64,000 nucleotides of DNA, from NCBI GenBank assembly GCA_910579965.1, contig CAJTWF010000003.1:308-64307 (forward strand), given 5' to 3'. The position numbers and the translations under genes were made by a program. Under the pieces are notes generated by a model. It worked only from the letters and a program-made list of their open reading frames with translations. It ran no database searches and was not told the origin of the DNA. This stretch comes from an uncultured Oscillospiraceae bacterium (lineage in GTDB: Bacteria > Bacillota > Clostridia > Oscillospirales > Oscillospiraceae). This document shows, piece by piece, positions 16,640 to 26,106 of the stretch; the first letter of the stretch is position 1, and each line of letters opens with the position of its first letter.

Positions 16640-17980
16640 TCAAGAGGGAAAGGGGGCGTACCGGTCAAAGAGGCTGTCCGGCACGGTGTAGGACCAGAAC
16701 TGCCGGGGGGTGCGGGTCAGCAGCTGGGTGCCGCTGTCGCAGGCCTCCCGGATGTATCCGCCCGCCACATGCCGGTCCTCCCAGGCGGTGCGCATGTCGC
16801 ACCCGATGTCGCACATGAGGCTGCCCTCCGCCCCCTCCTCCTTGATCCACACCCGGGCCGTGCCGCACACATACTCCACCCGCTTTCCCCCCAGGCTCCT
16901 GTTGTCCAGGCTCCAGCAGTGGAGGGCCCAGGCCTCCTTCTCCCCGGAGCCGGCGCGGCGGAACAGGTCCTCCCGCCGCAGGGTGATCTCCACCCGGCTG
17001 CCGCAGTCCTTCCACGCCTCCGCCGGCAGCTCCTGGCTGGTTCCGTCCCAGTTCAGATCAAAGATGCCGCCTCCCACGCCCTCGCCGGAGGCCCGCCGCC
17101 AGATTTTGCTGCCCTTGAGGGTATAGCTGGCCGACAGCTTTGAGATGCAGACCGTGACGGCGTCCGGGAAGTCCTCCTCCGCCACCGCCGGCTGCACCGT
17201 CAGCCACACGTTGAGCTTATCCCGGTCCTTGTCAAAGGCGAACTCCATCCGGGGGGAGATGTTCCCGGAGAAATCCCCGCTCTCCGTCCAGCCCCGGACC
17301 TCCTGGAGGCAGGTGACCCAGTGCATGCTCCGCCAGAGGGCGCTGTGGAACCGGGTCTCGTCGATCCACCCGTAGTTCTGATAGACCAGGGGCTGGGACC
17401 CGCCGGCGGCCAGGTAGTAGAGGGAGCCCCCCAGCCACTCCTTGAGCCAGATCCGCCCCGGACCCCTGATATCCTGGATCCTGGCCGCCGTCAGCTGGCT
17501 CACCTGGTAGTCCCCCTCCGGCAGGTACAGCCGTCCGTCCCCGGCGTCGATGGCCGCCGCAAAGGCGGCGGTGTCGTCCGAGGCCGGCGACGAGGCCGCC
17601 GGGTCCGCCGCCGTGTAGGCCATCACCCGGTCCCCCACGGCCGGGGTGTAGTCCCTCTGCCCGGGCCGCACGTCCGAGAGGCAGATCTGGCGGCCCCGGG
17701 GGGTCTGGCCGTCGGGGATCACCTCATAGGCCCCGGCGTTTTCCCCCTCCCCGGCGCAGGGGACGTGGCGGGTGGCTGTAACCAGACTGGCGTAGTGGCC
17801 CACCCAGTAGTTCCACGTGTCCCGCAGCTCCCCCAGGTGGTGGTGATACGCGGCGTCCCCCGCCGCGCTGTAGTCCCGCACGTTGACCCAGCCGCTCTCC
17901 GCCGTCTCCGGCCGGGCCGCCGCCGAGGCCTCCCCGCAGGCCCACAGCAGGAGCAGCAGGGCCAGCATCCATCGCTTCAT
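16640..17980 (-). CDS. secreted protein/lipoprotein of unknown function, pectate-lyase-3-like N-terminal motifs
   Basis: Signal peptide MKRWMLALLLLLWACGE (lipobox-like LWAC). VNVRDYSAAGD and DDTAAFAAAIDAGDGRLYLPEGDY resemble the N-terminal signature of beta-helix polysaccharide hydrolases/lyases. Confidence 0.65.
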   Translation of the reverse strand: MKRWMLALLLLLWACGEASAAARPETAESGWVNVRDYSAAGDAAYHHHLGELRDTWNYWVGHYASLVTATRHVPCAGEGENAGAYEVIPDGQTPRGRQICLSDVRPGQRDYTPAVGDRVMAYTAADPAASSPASDDTAAFAAAIDAGDGRLYLPEGDYQVSQLTAARIQDIRGPGRIWLKEWLGGSLYYLAAGGSQPLVYQNYGWIDETRFHSALWRSMHWVTCLQEVRGWTESGDFSGNISPRMEFAFDKDRDKLNVWLTVQPAVAEEDFPDAVTVCISKLSASYTLKGSKIWRRASGEGVGGGIFDLNWDGTSQELPAEAWKDCGSRVEITLRREDLFRRAGSGEKEAWALHCWSLDNRSLGGKRVEYVCGTARVWIKEEGAEGSLMCDIGCDMRTAWEDRHVAGGYIREACDSGTQLLTRTPRQFWSYTVPDSLFDRYAPFPS

Positions 17981-17984
17981 CTTG

Positions 17985-19535
17985 TCACACCTTTCCGGCT
18001 CTGGGCCGCGTTCTTCTCACAAAGCTCCCCACGTAGGCCAGCAGGTCCCTGCACTCCGGGGTCCAGCCGAACAGGACCAGCAGCATCCCCCCGTAGAGGA
18101 CCGCGCAGGTCAGGCCCTTGGCGGCCAGGTTCCAGAATCCCGGCCCGCCGGCCAGACGGCAGACCCGCTCCGTCCCCCACCCCGCCAGCAGCATCCCCCC
18201 TGTCCACAGCAGATACCGGAGGAAATATCCCGCCAGCCGCTGCCCCCGCCTTTCCCGCCACCCGTAGCGGAAGAGGACCAGCGGGTCCACCCAGAAGGGG
18301 ATCAGCAGCAGGTCCAGCACCGTGGCGGCCAGAATGCCGTCCAGCCCGAACCGCCGGGCCAGGATCAGGGACAAAACAAGGTTCACCGCCACCTCCGCCA
18401 GGGCCTTGTACCTGTCGTACCAGAACAGGCCCATGGCGCCCCGGAACTTCTGAATGACCGTGCGCATACCGGTGATGTAGAACTGGGCCAGCAGAAGCAG
18501 CACCGTCCGCCGGGGCAGCAGATAGTCCCCGCCAAAGCACAGCAGGATAAAGGGCTCGAACAGCACCAGCATAGCCACGGCGCAGGCGGAGTAGAGCAGG
18601 AAGGCGCTGAAGCTGAGCATGGAGAAAACGCGGTGCCGCCTGTCCTCGTCCCCCTCCGTGGCCACCAGATTGCCGATGCTGGCAGAGACTGCGTCGTACA
18701 GCCGGTCCACCACACCGCCCACGTTGGTGCAGATGAGCTTGTAGTTGGAGTAGATCCCCGCGGTCCCCAGGCTCACCAGGGCGGAGATGAGGATGCTGTC
18801 CACGCTGTAGACCATCATCCCCGCCGCCTTGTGGATGAAGAGAGCCCTCACGTTCCGGAAGATCTCCCGGGCCGTCTCCCTGTCCGGATAGCTGCGGCGG
18901 TCCTCCCGGAGGTAGGGGTACATCCGCTCCGCCCGCCGGGAGGCCAGGATGTTGGGCAGCAGGCCGCACAGGATCTGAACCAGCAGGTAGAGGAAGAAAT
19001 TCCGGGTGAGCAGCAGCACCGCGATCTGTCCCCCGTAGCGGACCAGGGTGAAGAAATTGGCGTACATGCTGCAAATGTACTGGTTCTGGTGGGCCTCGAT
19101 GAGGGCCGCCTTGTAGACGAACAGATAGGAGGTCACCGACTGGCTCAGATACAGCAGATAGATGAGCACCATGTGGTCAATGGGCCTGTCCGTGCGCACC
19201 AGCAGATCCAGAAACGGCAGCAGGGCCAGCCCCAGGACCGCCACCGCCACGGCCACCCATCGGTAGAGCAGCCGGTAGAGATTCATGAGCCGCCGGATCT
19301 CCTCCCGGTTCTCCCGGGCCACGGGGCTGTAGAGGGCGTACATCATGGCCGCCCCGATGCCCAGGTCCGCCAGGGACAGGATGGACAGCACGTTGCTGAA
19401 CAGCCCGTTGATTCCCAGGTACTCGCTGGGCATGTACCGGGCCAGAATGGACCGCCCCGCCACGGCCAGGATCAGGTTGAGCAGCTGGCCGAAAAAGCCC
19501 GCCGCCATGTTTATCATGGATTTTTTGGTCCTCAT
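17985..19535 (-). CDS. wzx: oligosaccharide flippase (Wzx, MOP superfamily)
   Basis: Start ATG 19535 (MRTKKSMINMAAGFFGQLLN), ATGA overlap with the upstream stop. About 12-14 TM helices, typical polysaccharide-biosynthesis-protein pattern. Confidence 0.85.
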   Translation of the reverse strand: MRTKKSMINMAAGFFGQLLNLILAVAGRSILARYMPSEYLGINGLFSNVLSILSLADLGIGAAMMYALYSPVARENREEIRRLMNLYRLLYRWVAVAVAVLGLALLPFLDLLVRTDRPIDHMVLIYLLYLSQSVTSYLFVYKAALIEAHQNQYICSMYANFFTLVRYGGQIAVLLLTRNFFLYLLVQILCGLLPNILASRRAERMYPYLREDRRSYPDRETAREIFRNVRALFIHKAAGMMVYSVDSILISALVSLGTAGIYSNYKLICTNVGGVVDRLYDAVSASIGNLVATEGDEDRRHRVFSMLSFSAFLLYSACAVAMLVLFEPFILLCFGGDYLLPRRTVLLLLAQFYITGMRTVIQKFRGAMGLFWYDRYKALAEVAVNLVLSLILARRFGLDGILAATVLDLLLIPFWVDPLVLFRYGWRERRGQRLAGYFLRYLLWTGGMLLAGWGTERVCRLAGGPGFWNLAAKGLTCAVLYGGMLLVLFGWTPECRDLLAYVGSFVRRTRPRAGKV

Positions 19536-20563
19536 GTCCGGCGGGTCCTCAACCGTACCCACAGCCGGAGATACCACGCCGCCGGGTAGAGGAAGCTCGC
19601 CGCGTCCACCGCCCGCTTCGTCAAGTCCTCCCGCCGGACCAGCCGCCGCCACCGCAGGGGGTAGGGGTAGAGTCCCCGGTCCCGGAGCTCCTCCAGCGTC
19701 CGCTCCAGCAGCGCCCGGTCCCCCTTGGCCAGCAGGCGGTTGAGAATCCCCTGCACCTCGTCGATCAGCCGCGTCTCCAGCTCCGCCTCCGTCACGGGGA
19801 CCCGCAGGCGGGGCGCTCTCCCGGCCCGGAACGCCCGCAGGCGGCCCAGATGGCTCTCCGCCAGCCCCAGCCGGCCCTGGATGTAGCCGGGAAAGCGGCT
19901 GTCGTCCATGAAGGTGGCCACGATGCTGTCCGCCCGGCGGCGGTAGCCGTACAGCTTCTGGTCCAAATAGCCGCACCGGCCGGCGCAGCGGTCCAGCCAG
20001 AAGTTGAACTCCGCGTCCTCGAACAGGGCCCCTACCGGGAACCGCAGGCCGTACTCCTCCAGCACCGCCCGGCGGATCAGGTAGTTCCAGGCCGTCCTCC
20101 AGGCCGGCACGGCCGGATCCCGCCGCATCTCCAGGGGGTCCCTGTAGCGCCGCAGACGCCCCGGGTCCACCCCGGCGGACAGGGGCGGCGCCGCTCCGTC
20201 CTCAAACCGGGCGTAGTCAAACAGCAGCTGGTCCAGCCCCTCCTCCGCCGCCAGACGGCACAGGGGCCCCAGCACCCCCCGGGCCAGCACATCGTCCGCG
20301 TCCATAAAGTATACATACTCCCCCGACGCGGCCCGGAGGCCCGCGTTCCTGGCCGCGCTCAGGCCGCCGTTGGGCTGGCATATGACCGCCACCTGGGGCC
20401 GGCGGCGGGCGTAGTCCCGGGCGATCTCCCCGGTCCGGTCCGTGCTGCCGTCGTCCACGCAGATGATCTCATAGTCCCCCATGTCCTGGTCCAGCAGGGC
20501 CTCCAGGCAGGCCGGGAGATACGCCTCCACCTGACAGGCGGGCACAATCACAGAAAGCTTCAT
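19532..20563 (-). CDS. family-2 glycosyltransferase
   Basis: Start ATG 20563 (MKLSVIVPACQVEAYL), ATGA overlap. DDGSTDRT and DADD motifs. Confidence 0.85.
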   Translation of the reverse strand: MKLSVIVPACQVEAYLPACLEALLDQDMGDYEIICVDDGSTDRTGEIARDYARRRPQVAVICQPNGGLSAARNAGLRAASGEYVYFMDADDVLARGVLGPLCRLAAEEGLDQLLFDYARFEDGAAPPLSAGVDPGRLRRYRDPLEMRRDPAVPAWRTAWNYLIRRAVLEEYGLRFPVGALFEDAEFNFWLDRCAGRCGYLDQKLYGYRRRADSIVATFMDDSRFPGYIQGRLGLAESHLGRLRAFRAGRAPRLRVPVTEAELETRLIDEVQGILNRLLAKGDRALLERTLEELRDRGLYPYPLRWRRLVRREDLTKRAVDAASFLYPAAWYLRLWVRLRTRRT

Positions 20564-21651
20564 TCCTCTCCCCTCCGTCCGTGGAGCACTCTGTTCTTCC
20601 AGGCCCGCAGGGCCGTGAAGCGCTCCTGGGCCGCCAGGGCCCGGCAGTAGTCCGTGGGATCCCCGGTCAGCACATAGCGGAAGAGTCCGCCGGCCTGATC
20701 CCCCAGCCGCCGCCCGCACCAGCGCCGGAGCTCCGCCCTGTCCGCCAGACGGGCCTGGGCGGTCAGGTAGTCCCAGTCCCCGCTCCCCTTCAGGCTGCGG
20801 ACCGCCCGGGCCAGGGCCTCTGCCGCCGGCTCCCGGGCCGTGAAGCTCCACAGCAGCGCGGCCAGGGCCGTGCCGCCGTAGAGATAGAAGGGCTCGGAGA
20901 ATCCGCTCCCCCGCAGTCCCTCCTCCTGCCGCCGGACCATGCGGAGCATACCCGCCAGCTGCCGCTCCAGGGTGTTGGTGTGCATGGCGGACGCGCTGTG
21001 CTGGCGGTAGGCGTACAGGGGCCGGGGGAGGTAGTACAGGTTCTGGCAGCAGAAGATGTATCGGACCAGAAAATCCAGGTCCTCGAAGAGGGCGCAGGCC
21101 GTGTCGAACCGGAGGCCGTGCCGGTCAATGATCTCCCGCCGGAAGGCCCGGCAGTAGACGGACCACCCCACCCGGCAGGGCAGGACCCAGCGGCACAGAA
21201 ACCGCCGCCGGGCCGCCGGACCGGCGAAGCGGAACAGCTCCTCCCGCCACCGCCCGGCATACACGGGCCCCGCCCCCTCCTCCACGATATTCATGCCCCA
21301 GGCGCACAGGTCCCAGCCCCCCGCCTCCATGGCGGCCGCGGCCTCCGCCGCCATGGTCTCCACCGCCCAGTCGTCTCCGTCCACAAAGCAGACGTAGGCC
21401 CCCGACGCGGCCTCCAGGCCGGCGTTGCGCGCCGCGCTCACCCCGGCGTTGGGCTGATGGATCACCCGGATCCGGGGGTCCTCCCTGGCGAAGCTATCGC
21501 ACAGAAGGCCGCTGCCGTCGGCGGACCCGTCGTCCACCAGGATGATCTCCAGGTCCGGATAGGTCTGGCCCCGCAGGGACGCCACGCACCGGGCCAGATA
21601 GGCCTCCACGTTGTACACCGGAACAATCACGCTCACCAGCGGCTCACCCAC
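20560..21651 (-). CDS. family-2 glycosyltransferase (tandem paralog 1)
   Basis: GTG start. LVSVIVPVYNVEAYL...VDDGSADGS...DGDD. Full-length paralog of the next gene. Confidence 0.85.
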   Translation of the reverse strand: MGEPLVSVIVPVYNVEAYLARCVASLRGQTYPDLEIILVDDGSADGSGLLCDSFAREDPRIRVIHQPNAGVSAARNAGLEAASGAYVCFVDGDDWAVETMAAEAAAAMEAGGWDLCAWGMNIVEEGAGPVYAGRWREELFRFAGPAARRRFLCRWVLPCRVGWSVYCRAFRREIIDRHGLRFDTACALFEDLDFLVRYIFCCQNLYYLPRPLYAYRQHSASAMHTNTLERQLAGMLRMVRRQEEGLRGSGFSEPFYLYGGTALAALLWSFTAREPAAEALARAVRSLKGSGDWDYLTAQARLADRAELRRWCGRRLGDQAGGLFRYVLTGDPTDYCRALAAQERFTALRAWKNRVLHGRRGEE

Positions 21652-21666
21652 TTCTTCCGCCCCCTC

Positions 21667-22755
21667 TCACCGCCTGTACAGCAGACGGGACTTGGCGTCC
21701 CGCAGCGTGTCATAGCATCTGTATACCCGGTCCCACCGGCGCAGGGGGCCGGGGTCCTGGTCCAGCACGTACTGATAGAACGCGCACACCCGCCCGCCCA
21801 GCCGCCAGCCGCACCAGCGCCGGATCTCCGCTCTGTTCTCCAGGGCCAGCGCCGCCTGGGCGCGCAGGTAGTCCCAGTCCTCCCCGCTCCGAAAGCAGTC
21901 CAGGGCCTGGGCCAGCCCCGCCTCCACCGGCTGGTCCTTGATGAAATTGTCCAGGGTCCCCGCCAGGATCACCCCGCCGTAGACATAGAACCGGCGGAAG
22001 AGGGCCTCCCCGGACAGCAGCTCCTCCTGCCGCCGGACCATGCGGAGCATACAGGCGGTCCGCCGCTGGAGGGTGCCGGTGTGCATGATGGAATCCGGCC
22101 GCTGGCGGTAGGCGTAGAGGGACCTGGGCAGGTAGCGGAGGCTCCCGCACCGGGCCAGATAGCGGAAGGTGAAGTCCAGGTCCTCCGCGCCGATCTCCCG
22201 CTCGTCCTGAAACCGCAGGCCGTACCGCTCGATCACGTCCCGCCGGAACACCCGGCTCCACACGGACCAGCCCAGCCGGTAGGCCAGCAGCCATTGACAC
22301 AGAAACCGCCCCCGCCGCTCCGGCGTGGGGAAACGGAGGGTCAGCGGCCGCCTGCGCCCCCAGTAGCGGTCAGCCTTCCCCTCCTCCACGACGCTGTTGC
22401 CCCAGGCGCACTGTCCGCAGCCCCAGCGCTCCATGATCTTCGCGCTCTCGGCCACCATGTCCCGCTCCGCCCAGTCGTCGCTGTCCACGAAATAGATGTA
22501 TGTCCCACAGGCCCTGTCCAGGCCCGCGTTCCGGGCGGAGCTCAGGCCGCCGTTGGCCTTGTGGATCACCTGGATCCGGGGGTCCTCCCTGGCGAAGCCG
22601 TCGCACAGGAGGCCGCTGCCGTCGGTGGACCCGTCGTCCACCAGGAGAATCTCCAGGTCCGGACAGGTCTGGCCCCGCAGGGACGCCACGCACTGGGCCA
22701 GATAGGGCTCCACATTGTACACCGGAACAATCACGCTCGCCAGTGGTCCGCTCAC
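21667..22755 (-). CDS. family-2 glycosyltransferase (tandem paralog 2)
   Basis: GTG start 22755 (VSGPLASVIVPVYNVEPYL), 7 nt after GAGGAGGGG. The rest of the 698-aa track ORF overlaps the upstream GT2 gene in another frame. Confidence 0.85.
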   Translation of the reverse strand: MSGPLASVIVPVYNVEPYLAQCVASLRGQTCPDLEILLVDDGSTDGSGLLCDGFAREDPRIQVIHKANGGLSSARNAGLDRACGTYIYFVDSDDWAERDMVAESAKIMERWGCGQCAWGNSVVEEGKADRYWGRRRPLTLRFPTPERRGRFLCQWLLAYRLGWSVWSRVFRRDVIERYGLRFQDEREIGAEDLDFTFRYLARCGSLRYLPRSLYAYRQRPDSIMHTGTLQRRTACMLRMVRRQEELLSGEALFRRFYVYGGVILAGTLDNFIKDQPVEAGLAQALDCFRSGEDWDYLRAQAALALENRAEIRRWCGWRLGGRVCAFYQYVLDQDPGPLRRWDRVYRCYDTLRDAKSRLLYRR

Positions 22756-22769
22756 CGCCCATCCCCTCC

Positions 22770-23816
22770 TCACTGCCGTCTTCCGTCCAGAAACCGCCGC
22801 TTCAGCCGCGCCAGGGCCAGCAGGGCCCCCACGCGCCGCTCTCTCATCAGCCATGCAAAAATCCCCTGCATCCTGGGCAGCCTGCGCCAGGGATACCGCT
22901 CCAGGGCCTCCCGCAGGGCCGGGGCCTCCAGAATGGCCGCCGTCCGCTGCCTCAGGGGGTAGGACCGGTCCTCCCGGTCCCGGTAGGCCGCCTCCTGGAG
23001 GATGTCGTACCGGGCCCGGCTGATGAGCAGGCGGTCCAGGTAGGGCCGGAAGACCGCCTCCGGGCACCGCCGGGCCAGCCGCTCCTCCACCGCCCGGCAC
23101 AGGGCGCAGTCCTGGGCAAACCGGTCCTCCCGGTGCCGCTTGGACAGGGACCCGGCGTTGGCGCAGTAGAAGTAGGACGCGTCCGTCGTCACCACGGCGC
23201 TGGCTGCCCAGGCTAAAAAGTCCATGTTGAAGATCAGGTCCTCGGAGATGAGCTCCCGCTCCGACACGAACCGCACCCCGCCCCGCCGGATCACCTCCAT
23301 GCGGTAGAGGCGGGCGCAGGCGCTCAGGCCGTACCGGGAGTCCAGGGGCTCCTCCGGCAGCGCCCCCACCGTACCCAGCAGCAGCTCCTCCAGCTCCGCC
23401 GGCGTGCGGAAGACCCGCTCCGCCGGAAAGGCCCGGGGGCGCTCCCGCCCGTCCGGCCCCACCATGGTAAACGCGCCCACAGCCAGATCGGCCCCCCGGC
23501 GCTCCGCCGCGTCCGCCAGATTCTCCAGCAGCCGCGGGCCGAAGTAGTCGTCCGGGTCCAGAAACAGCGCGTACTCCCCCCGGGCCGCCTCCAGGCCGCT
23601 GTTGCGGGCCATGCCCAGCCCGCCGTTGGTCCGGTGGACTGCCCGGACGCCGGGCTCCCGAGCCCACATGTCGCACAGGGGGCCGCTGCCGTCGGTGGAC
23701 CCGTCGTCCACCAGGAGGATCTCCCGGTCCTGGAAGGTCTGGGCCAGCAGGCTCCTCATGCACCGCCCCAGATACGCCGAGACGTTGTAGACCGGCACGA
23801 TCACGCTGATTCTCAT
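22770..23816 (-). CDS. family-2 glycosyltransferase
   Basis: MRISVIVPVYNVSAYL...VDDGSTDGS...DPDD. Confidence 0.85.
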   Translation of the reverse strand: MRISVIVPVYNVSAYLGRCMRSLLAQTFQDREILLVDDGSTDGSGPLCDMWAREPGVRAVHRTNGGLGMARNSGLEAARGEYALFLDPDDYFGPRLLENLADAAERRGADLAVGAFTMVGPDGRERPRAFPAERVFRTPAELEELLLGTVGALPEEPLDSRYGLSACARLYRMEVIRRGGVRFVSERELISEDLIFNMDFLAWAASAVVTTDASYFYCANAGSLSKRHREDRFAQDCALCRAVEERLARRCPEAVFRPYLDRLLISRARYDILQEAAYRDREDRSYPLRQRTAAILEAPALREALERYPWRRLPRMQGIFAWLMRERRVGALLALARLKRRFLDGRRQ

Positions 23817-24862
23817 TCCGCCTCCCTCCCCCAGTCCGGGAACGCCTGGGCCAGGGCGTTGGCCATCAGCCGGTCCGGCCGGAGATGGGCCAGATAGTAC
23901 GCCCGGTTGGCCTGGGCCATCCGGTAGGTCCGCTCCGGGTCCTCCATCAGCGCCTCCACCTGCGCCAGACAGCCCTCCACATCCGTGAAGGGCAGGTAGT
24001 TGACCCCCTCCCGGAAGTCCCCGGGCACCTCAAACCGAAATCTCTCGTTCACCACCGCCTTGGCCGCGGCCACGTACTCCGCCGTCTTCCAGCCGATGGA
24101 GTCGTGGAGCCCCGCGGACCCCACGCAGATGTGGACGCGGCGCAGGGCCTGGAGGTAGCGCGTCCGTTTGGTCTCCCCCACGCCCACCATGAGCGCCCCC
24201 CACTGACGGACCGCCCGGGGGTCAAACTGGAGGCCCCCCATGAACCGGGGCCCGTACCGGGCCTTCAGCGCCGACACCAGCCGGACCCGGCTGCGGTTGA
24301 GCGCCTCCACGCTCTCCCGGAGCTCATCCCCCGCCGGCACGTGCCACAGCCGGGTGTAGAACAGCACCGTGGGCCGGCCGGAGAAGACCGGCCGGCACTC
24401 GAACCTGTCCGGCGTGAAGCTGCTGCGGGGCGCGCCGTTGAACACCCGCTGGAACAGGTCCCTGCCCCGCTCCCGCCAGGAGGTGATTCTGTCAATGGGG
24501 CTGCCGGGCCAGGACACGTGGTAGTGGAGCCCCAGGGGCCGCAGCCGGTCCCGCAGCTCCGGCGGGAGCTTGGCCGTCTCCTCCCGGGAGAGGCTGCGGC
24601 GGAACACCAGATCCGCCTCCGCCGCCAGACGGGGCAGGGCCTGCTCCACCTCCGAGCCGTAGCCGTCCGCCAGATCGAACAGCAGATGCTTTCCCCCGCC
24701 GTCCACCCCCAGCAGGGGGGCGTAGGGGAACCGCCGCCGGTTGCTCCGGTCCAGCTCAAAGGACAGCCGGACCCGGCCCTGCTCCTCCAGCATCAGCAGT
24801 CCCGTCACCGGCATGCTCAGATGGGCGGTCCGGTTGGTGCAGTATACGTTCAGCGCAAGCAT
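23813..24862 (-). CDS. GT-B-fold glycosyltransferase-like protein (CgeB / Glyco_trans_1_2-like C-terminus)
   Basis: Start ATG 24862 with GGAGGAGGAGGGGAA upstream. C-terminal ...GSAGLHDSIGWKTAEYVAAAKAVVNERF...NYLPFTDVEG... resembles CgeB-type glycosyltransferase domains. Confidence 0.6.
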   Translation of the reverse strand: MLALNVYCTNRTAHLSMPVTGLLMLEEQGRVRLSFELDRSNRRRFPYAPLLGVDGGGKHLLFDLADGYGSEVEQALPRLAAEADLVFRRSLSREETAKLPPELRDRLRPLGLHYHVSWPGSPIDRITSWRERGRDLFQRVFNGAPRSSFTPDRFECRPVFSGRPTVLFYTRLWHVPAGDELRESVEALNRSRVRLVSALKARYGPRFMGGLQFDPRAVRQWGALMVGVGETKRTRYLQALRRVHICVGSAGLHDSIGWKTAEYVAAAKAVVNERFRFEVPGDFREGVNYLPFTDVEGCLAQVEALMEDPERTYRMAQANRAYYLAHLRPDRLMANALAQAFPDWGREAE

Positions 24863-26106
24863 TTCCCCTCCTCCTCCAGTCCGCCGGCCATCAGGCAGAT
24901 GGCCAGCGCGCCGGTCACATAGATGTAGTAAAGGGTGTTGTCCGTGGCCGCCGTGGCCAGCACGTAGGTCTGGAGGCCCAGGCAGATCATGGCGGCCCGC
25001 CGCCCCTGCCGCCTGTACACGCACCAGACCCGCAGGGGGAAAAAGCTCAGCATCCACAGCCAGAATCCCCAGAACCCCGCGTCGATGTAGATCATCAGGA
25101 TATCGTTGTGCAGGGCCCGGATGGTCCAGTCGGCGGGCAGGTCCGAAAACAGCCGGGTCACAAAGCCCGCGCCGTGGCCGAAGAAGCTGGGCCCGATCCA
25201 GTAGTACCTGTCAATGAAATTGCTCAGCTCCCGCCGCCCCATGGTGTCCAGCCCCAGCCGCTCAGAGAGGAATTCAAAGATCCCCTCCTTCACCAGGCAT
25301 ACGTATACAAAGGACAGCGCCGCCGGCCCGAAGGCCGCCGCCAGCAGCCAGAAGGGGCCGCCTCGCCGCCCCGTCAGCAGCCGCAGGGCCAGCCACACCA
25401 GCACGCCTGCCGCCATGGCGGCCACGCCGATGCGCTTGAACCCGGAGAAGAAGCAGAACAGGGTTGGGGCCAGCAGCAGCCGGGCGAGCCGCTCCCCCCT
25501 GCACCGCCGCCAGTCCAGGGCGTAGTAGACCAGATAGACCCCCAGGGCGAAGGTGAGCTCGTGGATCTCCATCTGCGCCATCACCGGCCCCGTCTCCCCG
25601 GAGAAGGTGACGATCAGCCGGCGCAGCTCGTGGAGGTACACGGACAGGCCGCTCTCCCGGACCACCCGGATCACCGTGATGAAGTTGGCCCCCAGCATGG
25701 CCGCCAGATTGAGCCACAGACCCCGGCGGCCGAAGACATAGAGAACGCCCGCCATGGCCGCGAGAATAGCGAGGCCGTAGACCTGGTCAAAGAGGCCCCG
25801 GCGGATCTGGGTCAGGCGCTGCACCTGGAACACCCACAGAGGCACCGAGGCCAGCACCAGGGCCAGATGGGGCAGGCCCAGCAGGACGCCGTACCGGACA
25901 AGACGCCCGGCCCGGTTCAGGTCCGTGCGCACCAGAAACACCAGAAAGCTCACCGCCGCCAGCACCGCCGCCAGCACGAACTTGTACATGAAGTGGACGC
26001 CCAGATCAATATACTCCGTATGAAAGTAGTACATCCCGCAGGCCAGCAGGAGGTAGGCCCCCGCCAGGAGGCCGTCCCACAGGCGGCGGGTCCCGCCGCC
26101 TGTCAT
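24850..26106 (-). CDS. wzy: O-antigen/repeat-unit polymerase (Wzy, O-antigen ligase-like family)
   Basis: 418-aa protein with about 10-12 TM helices and a conserved loop ...RALHNDILMIYIDAGFWGF.... ATGA overlap with the upstream gene. Confidence 0.78.
   Translation of the reverse strand: MTGGGTRRLWDGLLAGAYLLLACGMYYFHTEYIDLGVHFMYKFVLAAVLAAVSFLVFLVRTDLNRAGRLVRYGVLLGLPHLALVLASVPLWVFQVQRLTQIRRGLFDQVYGLAILAAMAGVLYVFGRRGLWLNLAAMLGANFITVIRVVRESGLSVYLHELRRLIVTFSGETGPVMAQMEIHELTFALGVYLVYYALDWRRCRGERLARLLLAPTLFCFFSGFKRIGVAAMAAGVLVWLALRLLTGRRGGPFWLLAAAFGPAALSFVYVCLVKEGIFEFLSERLGLDTMGRRELSNFIDRYYWIGPSFFGHGAGFVTRLFSDLPADWTIRALHNDILMIYIDAGFWGFWLWMLSFFPLRVWCVYRRQGRRAAMICLGLQTYVLATAATDNTLYYIYVTGALAICLMAGGLEEEGKCLR

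Noticed and set aside
20581-22962. 793-aa plus-strand ORF. The same argument covers similar long antisense ORFs at 8349-10055, 13368-15080, 17883-19589, 45248-47245, 47355-49004, 52650-54359 and 57658-59094.
   Set aside because: All lie opposite genes with strong family signatures and show Arg/Pro/Gly/His-rich composition. I treated them as GC-driven artefacts.
21667-23763. Reading 21667-23763 as one 698-aa protein. The same applies to the long N-terminal extensions of track ORFs 4807-5658, 5241-6194, 14446-16254, 17985-19976, 19532-20851, 23813-25057, 30223-31494, 31436-32551 and 45188-47302.
   Set aside because: The upstream portions overlap the preceding, well-supported gene in another frame and are Pro/Gly/Arg-rich. 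Each has an internal ATG or GTG with a GGAGG-type RBS, often overlapping the upstream stop, where the recognisable domain begins.
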